From contig CBFHTA010000001.1 of NCBI GenBank assembly GCA_965658655.1, positions 360,722 to 424,721 on the forward strand: a stretch of 64,000 bases of DNA, given 5' to 3'. The notes under the pieces are model-generated. The model saw only the letters and a program-made list of their open reading frames with translations. It ran no database searches and had not been told where the DNA came from. The number at the start of each line of letters is the position of its first letter. The stretch's first letter is position 1. Source of the stretch: Candidatus Babelota bacterium. Its GTDB lineage: Bacteria > Babelota > Babeliae > Babelales > CAIQNR01. Both the position numbers and the translations under genes were made by a program. Below, in pieces: positions 10,151 to 20,061 of this stretch.

Positions 10151-10939
10151 ATGAAAAGAAAATCGCCATCGTCTGACGGTATTACTCTTAAGAAAAAGCA
10201 TGGGCAATACTTTTTACGAGACAAACAAATTATTCTGGATATGCTTTCTCACGTTGATCTCAAAGGTAAGTCTGTATTTGAGATTGGTTGTGGAGATGGT
10301 TTTTTAACGCGAGAAATATTTTATCAAGATATAGAACGTTTATGGGTTTTTGAGATTGACCCTGAGTGGGCAAAAAAAGTTGGGCATGAGTGTATTGGGC
10401 CAAATTTTAAGATGCACATTACGGATTTTCTAGAAGTTGATCTTGAACTCCTTAAGCCTCATGCACCGTGGATTGCACTTTCTAATTTACCGTATCATTT
10501 AACATTTCCTATTTTACATCGTTTTGCAGAACATAGAGAGCTGCTTTCTGAAGGTATCTTAATGATGCAAGAAGAAGTAGCGCAGAAAATTGTTAAGAAA
10601 CGTGGTCGTGGGTATGGTTATGTATCTTTGTTTTTTCAGTATTATTTCGATTGGGAACTTCTCGCAAAAGTACCACCAACAGCTTTTTATCCTGAGCCAA
10701 AAGTATTTAGTCGACTTATAAAATTTACGGTTAAGCAAAACGTTGAACCTATTCCAAATGAAAAAGAGTTTTGGAGATTTATAAAAATTTGTTTCTCTAA
10801 CCCACGTAGAACTTTTCGTAATAATCTTATACAAACGCATATAGATTTAGAAAAAATTCCTGAAAAATACTTAGAGCTTCGCGCTCAACAAATGACTATG
10901 TCTGACTTTCTTGGTTTGTGGCAAAGCATTGGGCTTTAA
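10151..10939 (+). CDS. rsmA: 16S rRNA m6(2)A dimethyltransferase
   Basis: KKHGQYFL, EIGCGDG, SNLPYH, MQEEVA and F.PEPKVFS. Confidence 0.92.
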   Translation: MKRKSPSSDGITLKKKHGQYFLRDKQIILDMLSHVDLKGKSVFEIGCGDGFLTREIFYQDIERLWVFEIDPEWAKKVGHECIGPNFKMHITDFLEVDLELLKPHAPWIALSNLPYHLTFPILHRFAEHRELLSEGILMMQEEVAQKIVKKRGRGYGYVSLFFQYYFDWELLAKVPPTAFYPEPKVFSRLIKFTVKQNVEPIPNEKEFWRFIKICFSNPRRTFRNNLIQTHIDLEKIPEKYLELRAQQMTMSDFLGLWQSIGL

Positions 10940-12208
10940 ATAGGTCATTAAAAGCTTACTCTTTCTTAATGGATTGTCTTTTCTCATACCTCTCTTAATC
11001 CGCCGTAGAATTTTTTGTGTTTTTTCTTCTTGTTTTTTTACAGAAAAATCTTCTGGGCGATAATCATAAGCAATTGTATACATTTCTTTTGTGATTTCTG
11101 GAGTAAGGATAGGTATGGCTTTTCTAAAATATTTAGATTTACCTGTTAAGAGGGCCCCGCTATATTGTCGACTATAATCAAGGGTCAGATGCCTTCTTGT
11201 GGGGGCATGTGTATTTACTGCGTGTATAAAAGAAGGAGCAAAGCTTGCTACTGGCAATGGGTCTATTGCTAGATAATGACGATACCAATAAGCGCCCCAT
11301 CTAAAGTTCCATAATTCTGAATGTCCAGAATCGGTATGTCTTTTTCTTAATTTTGTAGAAGCCATGAGTTGATAAGGATTTTCTGGCATAACTTTTATTT
11401 TATTAGCTCCGCGCAGTTTTTTAGTGAGACGTAAACGGATCTGAGTAATTTTTTTTGGAACATCGAACTCGGATCGATTAGAGAAGCGCTTTTTAACAAA
11501 AAGTTCGCGAGAAGAAAAAACGTCCATTGTTTGAATTGAATCTTCTCTTGAATAAAAATTATAAACTTTTTTGAAGATGCTATTCGAAGCTAAATAATCT
11601 GTTGCGCGTTGGATTGGTACTCCAAATAATACAAGATTATCGATAGTGAATGCATGAGGATTAAGGTTTGGATTATCGTCTTTGACTGCAGCAAGATTTA
11701 ACGCAACGCCACCTCCATAGCTATAGCAATATAAATCAATAGTTGGATTAATTCCTTTGCTGTGCAAACGTTTTTTCTCTTTTGATAATGCTTTATAAAG
11801 ATCTTCGGCGGCTTCATACCTTTTACGAATACTTAATAAACCATCCCAACCATAGGTATAGTACAATCGTTTTGGTGGGTTTTCATACAGGGAATCAAAC
11901 TGTTTATCGAATAGGTGAGTGAAAGAGATTGCTGCTGGGCTTGGAGAATCTTTAGTTATGGGATGCAATCCAAGATGTTGCATGGGCTGGCCTTGGAAAA
12001 AGAAAGGGTCTTTGCGTATTTCTTGAGCCGTTTTCATATAGACTGAATTTTCGATTTTATTTTTCATTATTTTAAATAAATTGGAAAAAGAGAATTCTAC
12101 CGGTTTAACGGTGCCGTGAATAAAAACAATCATTTTTGGTTGTTTTTGTGGGTAAAGAGAAACAAAAGAGGTTAAAAGGGTGAAAATAAAGAGTTTCTGA
12201 TACTTCAT
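10871..12208 (-). CDS. Exported alpha/beta-hydrolase-fold protein
   Basis: Signal peptide, VFIHGT oxyanion motif, CYSYGG nucleophile elbow, YSREDSIQ Asp and SGHSE His. Confidence 0.6.
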   Translation of the reverse strand: MKYQKLFIFTLLTSFVSLYPQKQPKMIVFIHGTVKPVEFSFSNLFKIMKNKIENSVYMKTAQEIRKDPFFFQGQPMQHLGLHPITKDSPSPAAISFTHLFDKQFDSLYENPPKRLYYTYGWDGLLSIRKRYEAAEDLYKALSKEKKRLHSKGINPTIDLYCYSYGGGVALNLAAVKDDNPNLNPHAFTIDNLVLFGVPIQRATDYLASNSIFKKVYNFYSREDSIQTMDVFSSRELFVKKRFSNRSEFDVPKKITQIRLRLTKKLRGANKIKVMPENPYQLMASTKLRKRHTDSGHSELWNFRWGAYWYRHYLAIDPLPVASFAPSFIHAVNTHAPTRRHLTLDYSRQYSGALLTGKSKYFRKAIPILTPEITKEMYTIAYDYRPEDFSVKKQEEKTQKILRRIKRGMRKDNPLRKSKLLMTYLKPNALPQTKKVRHSHLLSAKL

Positions 12209-12497
12209 TGCGTCTATCCTTATATTGCTTTTTCTTCTAAATGGTTATACCACTTAAGAATAAGCAAGAGTAATCAGTAAAATAAAGGAAAATTTTATAG
12301 TAGACGTTTTATATTAGGAGTTATCATTTTTAGTCCTTTCTATGCTAAAAATATATAAAAAAATGCTCGTTAAGTATTGATGGTAATAAAAAAATAAAAG
12401 ATTAAGGTAGACATAAAGGAGGCCTTGCTAAAGATTGATAGAAAAACAAAAAGACAATGTTTAATCTTTTTAAAAGTATAGGCTTTAGGGAGTAGGT

Positions 12498-13154
12498 ATG
12501 CTGTTTTGTTTTATGAGAAGTTGCTGCGGAATTATTTATTTATTTGGTCATCTGTTTGCGAGTTATATTAGGATTGCACGAGGAGCATGGAGAGTTTCTA
12601 AACTTAAAAAACCAATTGTAACAATTTTTGGAGGGAGTAAATTAAAGCAATCGCATCCTTATGCAAAAAAAGCGCACAAACTTGGAGAAATGCTGGTTAA
12701 CCATGGGGTATCAGTAATTACTGGTGGCGGACCAGGTATTATGGAAGCAGCAAATTGTGGTGCAGCAGAAGGCAAGACAGAGGCGCGTACAATAGGTATT
12801 TCTGTTCGTCATCTAGCAACAGAAGATTTAAATTCTTGCTCGCAAGAGATCATTGTTGTGAAATATTTCTTTGCTCGAAAATGGTTGTTAACACATTACT
12901 CAACAGGGTTTATTGTATTTCCAGGAGGCTTTGGAACACTCGATGAATTTTTTGAGATTGTAACGCTTATACAAGTAGAGATGATGAAACCATTTCCTGT
13001 GGTGTTAATAGGTAATGATTATTGGCGACCATTGCTTGATTGGACTGAACAAGCTATTAAAGAAGGTTTAGTTATGAAGAAAGATATGGACCTTATTTAT
13101 GTGACAGATGATGTTCAAGAAGCGTTTAATTATTTAGAAGAGAAAAGAGTATAG
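12498..13154 (+). CDS. LOG family nucleotide phosphoribohydrolase (TIGR00730-like)
   Basis: TGGGPGIMEAAN, YFFARK and PGGFGTLDE. Confidence 0.9.
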   Translation: MLFCFMRSCCGIIYLFGHLFASYIRIARGAWRVSKLKKPIVTIFGGSKLKQSHPYAKKAHKLGEMLVNHGVSVITGGGPGIMEAANCGAAEGKTEARTIGISVRHLATEDLNSCSQEIIVVKYFFARKWLLTHYSTGFIVFPGGFGTLDEFFEIVTLIQVEMMKPFPVVLIGNDYWRPLLDWTEQAIKEGLVMKKDMDLIYVTDDVQEAFNYLEEKRV

Positions 13155-13200
13155 AAATAAAAAAGCGCTCTATAACAGAGCGCTTTTTTATTTCTATACT
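13148..13200. terminator. Bidirectional intrinsic terminator
   Basis: Perfect 24-bp inverted repeat (13148-13171 / 13177-13200) with 5-nt loop and A/T tracts, between convergent genes. Confidence 0.85.
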
Positions 13201-13204
13201 TGAC

Positions 13205-13912
13205 TTAATATCCTTTTGGTAGTCGATTTCTTAAGTTGTCGTAATCTTGGGTGAGAGCATTGAAAATATTACGACGAGTTCTTTTAAAGAGTGCTCGATC
13301 TTTAATACTTAGACGGTAAGTTGTAAAGTTAATTCCCGCTTCTGCCAAGTCAGACATTTGTAAACCACTCTTTTGGAAGAACAAAGGACGCAATAAAATA
13401 TTATTTTGAGGTGGATATTTCATTATAGCAATAACTTTATCTACATATTCTTTATGATTTTTATGATAACGTTTTTTGTAGGCTTTCAATAATTTAAGAA
13501 TCTTATTATCTTGATCTTCTGAAACTTTAATTGGTGTTCTTAAAAATTCGTTTGAACCAGCGTTTTTGAGAAAAAGTTCATCACGTATTTTATTGAGTTC
13601 CTGCAAAGATGACACTGCGTACCTTTCAGGAATCGGTTCATTATTCATAATCTTGTTTACAATTATTCTTGTTACAATTGAGTCCATTGCAAAATTGAGT
13701 TCAGAATCGAGTTGAGCTGGCAGTCTCTTAGCGAACGTAGGTGGCTGATTGTTTTCCTCATAGAATCGTTCATAATTTAGTTTATTGTTTAATTCTTTTT
13801 CAAGTACGGGACTCAGTTCACCCTTAGCTTGACCTTGACCAATTAACACAAGTCCTAAAAATAACATTTTTTTCTTCATAATACTCTCTCCATTTAGGTT
13901 AAAACTTTTCAT
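13205..13912 (-). CDS. Hypothetical exported protein (likely start MKKKMLF)
   Basis: Signal-peptide-like N-terminus with upstream GGAG; no family recognised. Confidence 0.6.
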   Translation of the reverse strand: MKSFNLNGESIMKKKMLFLGLVLIGQGQAKGELSPVLEKELNNKLNYERFYEENNQPPTFAKRLPAQLDSELNFAMDSIVTRIIVNKIMNNEPIPERYAVSSLQELNKIRDELFLKNAGSNEFLRTPIKVSEDQDNKILKLLKAYKKRYHKNHKEYVDKVIAIMKYPPQNNILLRPLFFQKSGLQMSDLAEAGINFTTYRLSIKDRALFKRTRRNIFNALTQDYDNLRNRLPKGY

Positions 13913-13992
13913 TACCTTTATCAGGATACTAAATCCATCAAGCTAAAAACAAGAGTTTTACCGGAATGAGCCTATTTGGAGAGTGTTTGAGC

Positions 13993-15354
13993 TTATTTTT
14001 TCTTTGATCCAAAGATGAACCCAATACCGTAGCCTAAGAGCGATAACCCTAGGGTTATGAAAATAGAGTAGGGCTTAAGAAGGGGGGTGCTTTTAAAGAG
14101 GAAGAAGAGAAAGCCTAGGCCACCAAAAAGGGCGCTTGTTAGGGCAGCTTCTCGTCTTAAATCTTTAGTAATAAAGCAGAAAGCAAGAGGTATGAATAAA
14201 CAGGCGACCGAAAGCTCATAGCTGGCAATTAACACATCTATAATGTTTGGAGGTACAAAGTATGAAGCAGCTAAGGTAAATACACCGCATAAAAAGGTAA
14301 CTGTACGAGAAATATGAATAGATGGTTTTGATCTTGTACCGAGTTGAGTTGCGGCTGTGGTAATAGTAGCACTTACTGCACAAAGGAGAGAATCGGTAGT
14401 AGAGGTTATGGCTGAAAGAAGTGCACATACTGCAAATACAAATACCATAGGACTGGTGATTGCTTTAAGGACTGGAAGCAAAGGATTTACACCCTCTGGA
14501 ATTGGAATATTCATCAACTGGGCTTTAAGCCCTAGATAAAATGGAACAAAAGAAAATACCAGCAATAAAGCACTTGCGATTAATGCAGAAACAGCAGCGG
14601 CGCGATCAGACTTTGCGGCAAAGAATCGCTGTGCTAAGTCTTGTTCAATAATAGAGAAAAAAACTGGCATGCTAAAAATTTTAATTGCGTGTCCCCAAGA
14701 AAGCGTTTTATAAGACACTAAGTTTTGTATGTGTGTATAGGTTTGGTGGTTTAAAAAAGGTGTAGGGCTTGTATATAAGCTATATAAGCAAATTCCGGTA
14801 AAGACAGTAACAATCACAATGATTTGTAAAAGGTCTGCGATTACTACTGCTGCAAGACCACCGATCATGGTGTACGCTAATACAAGTGCCCAAAAGAGTA
14901 AAAAGATTATTTCATTGTTTATTCCAGCAAACGTTATGAGAACAGATTTTGCTGCAATGATTTGACTAATAATAATACCGCACATACTTACAGCAGCAAG
15001 TAATGCAGTTAATTGGTGTAAGAATGGAGACTCGTATGTTTTGTCAAAAATTTCACCGACTGTGGTTACTTTAAATCGTTGTAAGTGTGAAGCTAGCCCA
15101 AGTCCTAAAACAAGAAATCCGAGCACCATACCACCGTTGTAGAGTAATCCTCTGATTGGGTCTTGAGCGGTTCCTAAAAACATTCCTCCACCAACTTGAG
15201 TGGCAAGTAATGTTGCAACAATGGTATGAATAGATAGAGATTTTCCGGCTAAGAAATAGTCGGTAGAAGTAGTAATATTACGAGAAGCAAAAATTCCTAT
15301 GCAGCAATACCCAATAAAAAGTGTTGCTAGTGCAACTAAGAATAACGTTTCCAT
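13993..15354 (-). CDS. Sodium:solute symporter family protein
   Basis: DYFLAGKS, ATQVGGG, YTMIGGL.AV..AD, QDLAQRFFAA and SAITSTTDS. Confidence 0.9.
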   Translation of the reverse strand: METLFLVALATLFIGYCCIGIFASRNITTSTDYFLAGKSLSIHTIVATLLATQVGGGMFLGTAQDPIRGLLYNGGMVLGFLVLGLGLASHLQRFKVTTVGEIFDKTYESPFLHQLTALLAAVSMCGIIISQIIAAKSVLITFAGINNEIIFLLFWALVLAYTMIGGLAAVVIADLLQIIVIVTVFTGICLYSLYTSPTPFLNHQTYTHIQNLVSYKTLSWGHAIKIFSMPVFFSIIEQDLAQRFFAAKSDRAAAVSALIASALLLVFSFVPFYLGLKAQLMNIPIPEGVNPLLPVLKAITSPMVFVFAVCALLSAITSTTDSLLCAVSATITTAATQLGTRSKPSIHISRTVTFLCGVFTLAASYFVPPNIIDVLIASYELSVACLFIPLAFCFITKDLRREAALTSALFGGLGFLFFLFKSTPLLKPYSIFITLGLSLLGYGIGFIFGSKKK

Positions 15355-15452
15355 GAGACCCTTTCAGAAAATATATTCTAAAAGATTACCGACTTAACGC
15401 ATTGAACGCAAGAAATGGGCTAAGCTCTAGACAGATATATTAATTTGAATTT

Positions 15453-16106
15453 TTATTCGTTTTCGCCTTCTACAGCCATTTCTTTTGCTTTGGTTTCTTC
15501 ACAGAGTTCTGGCATAGGTAAGAAAGTAAGGGATGGTGTAGATGTTGAACTTGCAGAGCTTACCGATCTTACAGAATCTACTGGGCTTATTGATTTTCTC
15601 GAGTTAGTAGCAGATCGTTTTAATCTCACTAAATCTTCAGAAAAAGATCTTTTTCTTTCAAGAGCACGATAAGCAGATTCTTTTGTAGAATTTGCGATCA
15701 TTCGATTTTCATGAATTCTTTTAGCTGCTTTTTTTCTCTCTACTTGGGCTTGATGTTTTTCTTGCATTTCTATAAATTTTGCTTGGCCAGAATACCGTCC
15801 ACTCTTCTTTTCTTCTAGTGTTTCTAGTCTTTTTTTATGATAGTCTTTTGAGCTATTTTCAAAAGAAAGAGATGAAAAAGCCCGACTTGCCGATCGTACA
15901 AGATCGTCGCCATTTTGGTTTATTAATCTGAGTTCTTCGTAAAGAGCGTCATCTTCCTCTATGTCTGGAGCTTGATGTACTCTTTCTTCTGAAAAAATAT
16001 CTTCAAGTTCAAGTTCAAGCTCAAGATCTGTCAAAGGTCTTGTATCAGCACCATAAGAAGTGATAGTTGTTATACTTAACAATAAAAAAAGTGTTGTTTT
16101 ATTCAT
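15453..16106 (-). CDS. Hypothetical exported low-complexity protein
   Basis: Signal peptide, acidic N-region, coiled coil, Ser-rich tail. Confidence 0.6.
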   Translation of the reverse strand: MNKTTLFLLLSITTITSYGADTRPLTDLELELELEDIFSEERVHQAPDIEEDDALYEELRLINQNGDDLVRSASRAFSSLSFENSSKDYHKKRLETLEEKKSGRYSGQAKFIEMQEKHQAQVERKKAAKRIHENRMIANSTKESAYRALERKRSFSEDLVRLKRSATNSRKSISPVDSVRSVSSASSTSTPSLTFLPMPELCEETKAKEMAVEGENE

Positions 16107-16128
16107 AATAATTGGATTTTCTTTCTAG

Positions 16129-16920
16129 TTATACTTTTATTAGTTTATTTAAATCTTTTTTAAATTGGTCGATTTTTACAAATACAATGCCGTTCATACC
16201 AGTTTTGTGAGCTTGCTTTATGTTGTGTTCTCTGTCATCCACAAAAATAATATTGTGAGGATGTTTGTTCATATCTACTGATATAAGCGCTTTTTCATAT
16301 GCTTTTTTATTAGGTTTTTGAATCCATTGGTCCGGAGCTGGAGTTACTTTGTTTATAACATTTTGTAGATGAGAAAAGTGTGCAAAATGCTGAGGGTAAT
16401 CATGCTGCAATTCTGTAAGTGTTATAGGGCCAATGTTAGAAAAAATATATTGTTTATATCCTTCATCGTGTAGTTCTTTTACCAATTGAAACATCTCTTT
16501 ATTGGGACTATAAATAGCGTTTACTAACTTATTAAGTTCAGTATACAAATGTTCATAGCCATGAAGTGCTTCAAAGTAGGCTTGAGGTATATAAGATTGT
16601 TTATCTTGTTGAGAGATAATACCACTTCTTACTTTTGAATTTAATGCAGCTTTTAAGAATTGATAAAAGAACTTTGGTTTGTTTTGTATATTCCAGATAC
16701 CAGTACGCCATAAAGCAAACCGGGGTTTGGAAAACAAACAGTCGTGTAAGTCCCACAAAATAATAGGTTTTTGTTTAGCAAATGTTTTTTGTGCATCTTG
16801 TGAGCTCGAGAAAGCCGGACTTACATAAAAAGTTTTCTCTGGTGGTGTTTTGATTTCAAAGAAGATAGCAATGCCAACCAAGGCAAAAAGAAATACACCA
16901 AATAAAAAACGAATTTTCAT
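16129..16920 (-). CDS. HAD-superfamily hydrolase with N-terminal membrane anchor
   Basis: WDLHD motif I, FSN, QKP and FVDD..HN; start reassigned to ATG at 16920 (preceded by AGGGG, downstream of a terminator). Confidence 0.75.
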   Translation of the reverse strand: MKIRFLFGVFLFALVGIAIFFEIKTPPEKTFYVSPAFSSSQDAQKTFAKQKPIILWDLHDCLFSKPRFALWRTGIWNIQNKPKFFYQFLKAALNSKVRSGIISQQDKQSYIPQAYFEALHGYEHLYTELNKLVNAIYSPNKEMFQLVKELHDEGYKQYIFSNIGPITLTELQHDYPQHFAHFSHLQNVINKVTPAPDQWIQKPNKKAYEKALISVDMNKHPHNIIFVDDREHNIKQAHKTGMNGIVFVKIDQFKKDLNKLIKV

Positions 16921-16996
16921 TGTTCCCCTATGTTTTAACCTTACAATTAGAAATATTATACCATGTTTTATTGTTCTACCGCAAACGTTTCCTTTT

Positions 16997-17026
16997 AAAA
17001 AAATCCCCACCAAGAATAGGCGGGGA
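16997..17026 (-). terminator. Intrinsic terminator
   Basis: Minus strand tccccgcc-tattctt-ggtgggga followed by a T7 tract. Confidence 0.7.
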
Positions 17027-17051
17027 CAATTTAAAGAAAGGAGGTTCTCGT

Positions 17052-17843
17052 TTAATGAGCTATTTTAAGCTCTGTGAGTAACACTTTTTCCAGTTGTGCG
17101 GGCGTTGATCCAATAGGGTAGTGAATCCCTACATCAAAACCACTTGTAACAGCGGCTTGAACATTTTTAAGTTTATCATCGATAAAAATCGTTATCTGAC
17201 CACAATTTCTGTTTTGCTCTAAGAATAGTTGATACATTGTAGGATTTGGCTTGGTGATCCAGTTATTTTCCGGTGAAGCGATAACATTGTGTTTGTCATA
17301 ACCAAGAAAATCGAGAAAAAAGACTTTAAGGCCATGATCTTCTGTTGGAACGGTTTTTAGGTGGTCTATTTGTACATTGAGCATATTTTGCCCCATATTA
17401 GAGAGCACACCGTGTGTGTGGCCATTATGAGATAACTTTTCCATAAGCTTAACCATACGACTATCAAGAGCATTAATTTTTCTTATAAAGCCTCTGAAGA
17501 ATACTACGGTTTTGGGATCATTCTTGCCGTAAAGGGTAAAGAGGCCATCCCATGAAGAACCTTCTGCTAATCCTTCTTTTTGAAGCTTATTCTTTTTTTT
17601 CCAGAGCTTGAAGAATTTCCAGGTCAACTGAGGAGTTTTAAGAATGCCAGCTTCTCTATGAATGTGTTTAAAAAGGGTGCTTGGTTTTATTTGTTTTTCG
17701 AATAAAACGTCGTTTAAATCCCAGCCAAAACAAGCTTGTTTATTTTGAGCTTGAGTAGCATCAAAGCCATCTCTGTACAGTATTTTAGCTGCATTGAGAG
17801 AAATCGCGCACAAAAATAAAAGAGAAAGCAAAACTTTCTTCAT
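17052..17843 (-). CDS. Exported HAD-superfamily hydrolase
   Basis: Signal peptide; WDLNDVLF, LSN, TKP and FIDD..KNV. Confidence 0.75.
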   Translation of the reverse strand: MKKVLLSLLFLCAISLNAAKILYRDGFDATQAQNKQACFGWDLNDVLFEKQIKPSTLFKHIHREAGILKTPQLTWKFFKLWKKKNKLQKEGLAEGSSWDGLFTLYGKNDPKTVVFFRGFIRKINALDSRMVKLMEKLSHNGHTHGVLSNMGQNMLNVQIDHLKTVPTEDHGLKVFFLDFLGYDKHNVIASPENNWITKPNPTMYQLFLEQNRNCGQITIFIDDKLKNVQAAVTSGFDVGIHYPIGSTPAQLEKVLLTELKIAH

Positions 17844-17928
17844 GATTTATACCCCATTTAAAGAAATAACCCACATTCGATACTTAGAATAGCATACCCA
17901 ATGCGGGTTGTAAAAAGCCCAAATAAGC

Positions 17929-18618
17929 TTATTGGTCGATTTTTTTTATGCCTTTCCGTCGCAAAAGACGTTCGAGCTCAATCTCATCATAACGATCAAT
18001 AATCAGGTCAGATTCATGAAGGGCATCGCGGTCTCCAGCAGTATTAATACCTACACAGAACATACCGGCTCGCTTTGCAGCCCGAACACCATGAGCAGAG
18101 TCTTCAAATGCAATACAAAATTCTGGAGCAACACCTAACTTTTGAGCAGCATGTAAATAAAGGTCGGGGTCGGGCTTTGCTTTGTTGTTTACATCAGAAA
18201 TATTATAGATGTGATTTCCGAAATATTCTTCTAAGGCGAGCGTTTCCTTTGAGATTTTCAAAGTATTGTCGTCGGCATTAGTTGCAATTCCTACCATGAC
18301 CTGATTATTAATGACAGTTTTATGAAACGTTTCAAACCCGTCTATAAATTTTAATCCTTCTTTGAACAATTGGCTTGAGATATGTTTTTTTTCTTGCATT
18401 AATTCTTCAACAGCATGTTCAAGTTCGAATCTATCTTTGAGTAATGCACATGTATTATGAATAGCAGAACCTTTGAGTTCTTTTTCTAACTCGCTATGAA
18501 GTTCATCTGTAACTTGAATGCCTTTACTTGTTAAGAGTTCTTTGGTTGTGCTCTTCCAGATATGTTCGCTATCAGTTATGGTGCCATCCATGTCGAAGAT
18601 GATTGCTTTGTATTTCAT
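17929..18618 (-). CDS. HAD-IA phosphatase (beta-PGM/CbbY-like)
   Basis: IFDMDGT, KPDPDLY and FEDSAHGVRAAKRAGM. Confidence 0.9.
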   Translation of the reverse strand: MKYKAIIFDMDGTITDSEHIWKSTTKELLTSKGIQVTDELHSELEKELKGSAIHNTCALLKDRFELEHAVEELMQEKKHISSQLFKEGLKFIDGFETFHKTVINNQVMVGIATNADDNTLKISKETLALEEYFGNHIYNISDVNNKAKPDPDLYLHAAQKLGVAPEFCIAFEDSAHGVRAAKRAGMFCVGINTAGDRDALHESDLIIDRYDEIELERLLRRKGIKKIDQ

Positions 18619-18715
18619 GGTGTCCCCTTTTGTTGTGAGTTGAAAATAAATTCAATACTCGGTACCTTTGTAATCAATTGTTTGGTCCCCTCTAACTAAA
18701 GAAGGATACATTATT

Positions 18716-19372
18716 ATGAATAAGAAATACAAAGGTCTGTTTGAAGTGGCAGCTTCAAGTCTAGTTCTGGTGAGTTTTTTATTGTTTCGACTTGCAAAAA
18801 TTTCTCCTATCATTGGTGGTTCTTTTAAATTCTTTTCTTTATCCGATGTTGCCATGCCACTTTCAGGAACATTAGGTCTTGGCATTGCGGCCTTAGTAGC
18901 ATCTATGCGCTTGGGAACAAAAATGATGCTTGCGGGTGTTTCATTAACAAACGCAGGATTTTACTTACCAGGTTTATTTGCGGCAGGATGTTGGACCGAA
19001 CGTAAAAAGTTTTTTCAATTGTTTGTTCCGTTGGTAGCAATGACATTGTTTGTAGTGCATCCAATTGGTTTTTATGCAGCTCCTTATAGCCTCTATTGGT
19101 TGATTCCGGTAACGCTGTATTGGTTAGATAAAGATTCTCTTTTCTTAGATTCTCTTGCAAGTACATTTGTTGCTCACGCAGTTGGTTCTGTAATTTGGTT
19201 GTACGTATTTAGGTTACCGGTACAAACATGGTGGGCATTAATTCCAGTTGTTGCTGTAGAACGTTTATTTTTTGCTTCTGCAATGACTGTTATTTACGGT
19301 AGTGTAGTGTTTGCACGTCGTATCTTTGTTTCTAAAATACTTTCATTTTCTCAAATAGGGTTAGTTGAGTGA
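18716..19372 (+). CDS. Integral membrane protein (possible ECF S-component-like)
   Basis: About six hydrophobic segments; overlaps the uppS start. Confidence 0.55.
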   Translation: MNKKYKGLFEVAASSLVLVSFLLFRLAKISPIIGGSFKFFSLSDVAMPLSGTLGLGIAALVASMRLGTKMMLAGVSLTNAGFYLPGLFAAGCWTERKKFFQLFVPLVAMTLFVVHPIGFYAAPYSLYWLIPVTLYWLDKDSLFLDSLASTFVAHAVGSVIWLYVFRLPVQTWWALIPVVAVERLFFASAMTVIYGSVVFARRIFVSKILSFSQIGLVE

Positions 19373-20061
19373 TTAAGCATTTAGCAATGATAATGGATGG
19401 TAACAGGCGGTGGGCAAAACAGAATAAGTTAAGTTACTCTATAGGATATTCAGAAGGTGGTTTTGGAGCAGCAAAGATTGCAGCAAAATTTTGTATAGAT
19501 TCCGGTATTTCGCATCTTTCTTTGTATACGTTTTCATTAGAAAACTTCAATCGACCTCAACATGAACAAGATGTTTTATTTAACTGTATTGTTAATGAAG
19601 GTCCAAAACAGTTGAAATTTTTTAATAAAGAAAACATTCGAGTACGCTTTATTGGAGATAGGTCTCGATTTCCTGAAAAAGTTCTTCCTACTATTGAAAA
19701 GCTCGAACAAGAAACAGAAGAGAATGATCGATTACAAGTTAACTTGTTGTTCTGCTATGGTGCGCGGCAAGAACTGGTTTGTAGTATTAAACGTTTAATG
19801 AATAAAGTGCAAAAAGGTTTGCTTTCTGAAGAACAAATTTCTGAAAAGGCATTAGAAGATTGCTTATGGACCTCGGGGATCCCTCAACCAGAACTTATTA
19901 TTAGGACGAGTGGAACGCAGCGTTTGAGTAATTTTTTATTGTATCAAGCGGCATACAGTGAATTTTACTTCTTAGATTGTTTGTGGCCAGATATTACGCG
20001 CGAAGATCTTGAAAGTGCAGTTGGTTCTTATCTTGGTGTACAGCGAAATTTTGGTACATGA
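19369..20061 (+). CDS. uppS: Undecaprenyl diphosphate synthase
   Basis: IMDGNRRWA, FSLENFNR and IRTSG.QRLSNFLLYQ. Confidence 0.95.
   Translation: MIKHLAMIMDGNRRWAKQNKLSYSIGYSEGGFGAAKIAAKFCIDSGISHLSLYTFSLENFNRPQHEQDVLFNCIVNEGPKQLKFFNKENIRVRFIGDRSRFPEKVLPTIEKLEQETEENDRLQVNLLFCYGARQELVCSIKRLMNKVQKGLLSEEQISEKALEDCLWTSGIPQPELIIRTSGTQRLSNFLLYQAAYSEFYFLDCLWPDITREDLESAVGSYLGVQRNFGT

Noticed and set aside
12209..12497. AT-rich gap as a possible oriC
   Set aside because: No cluster of TTATCCACA-like DnaA boxes seen; consistent with a divergent promoter region.
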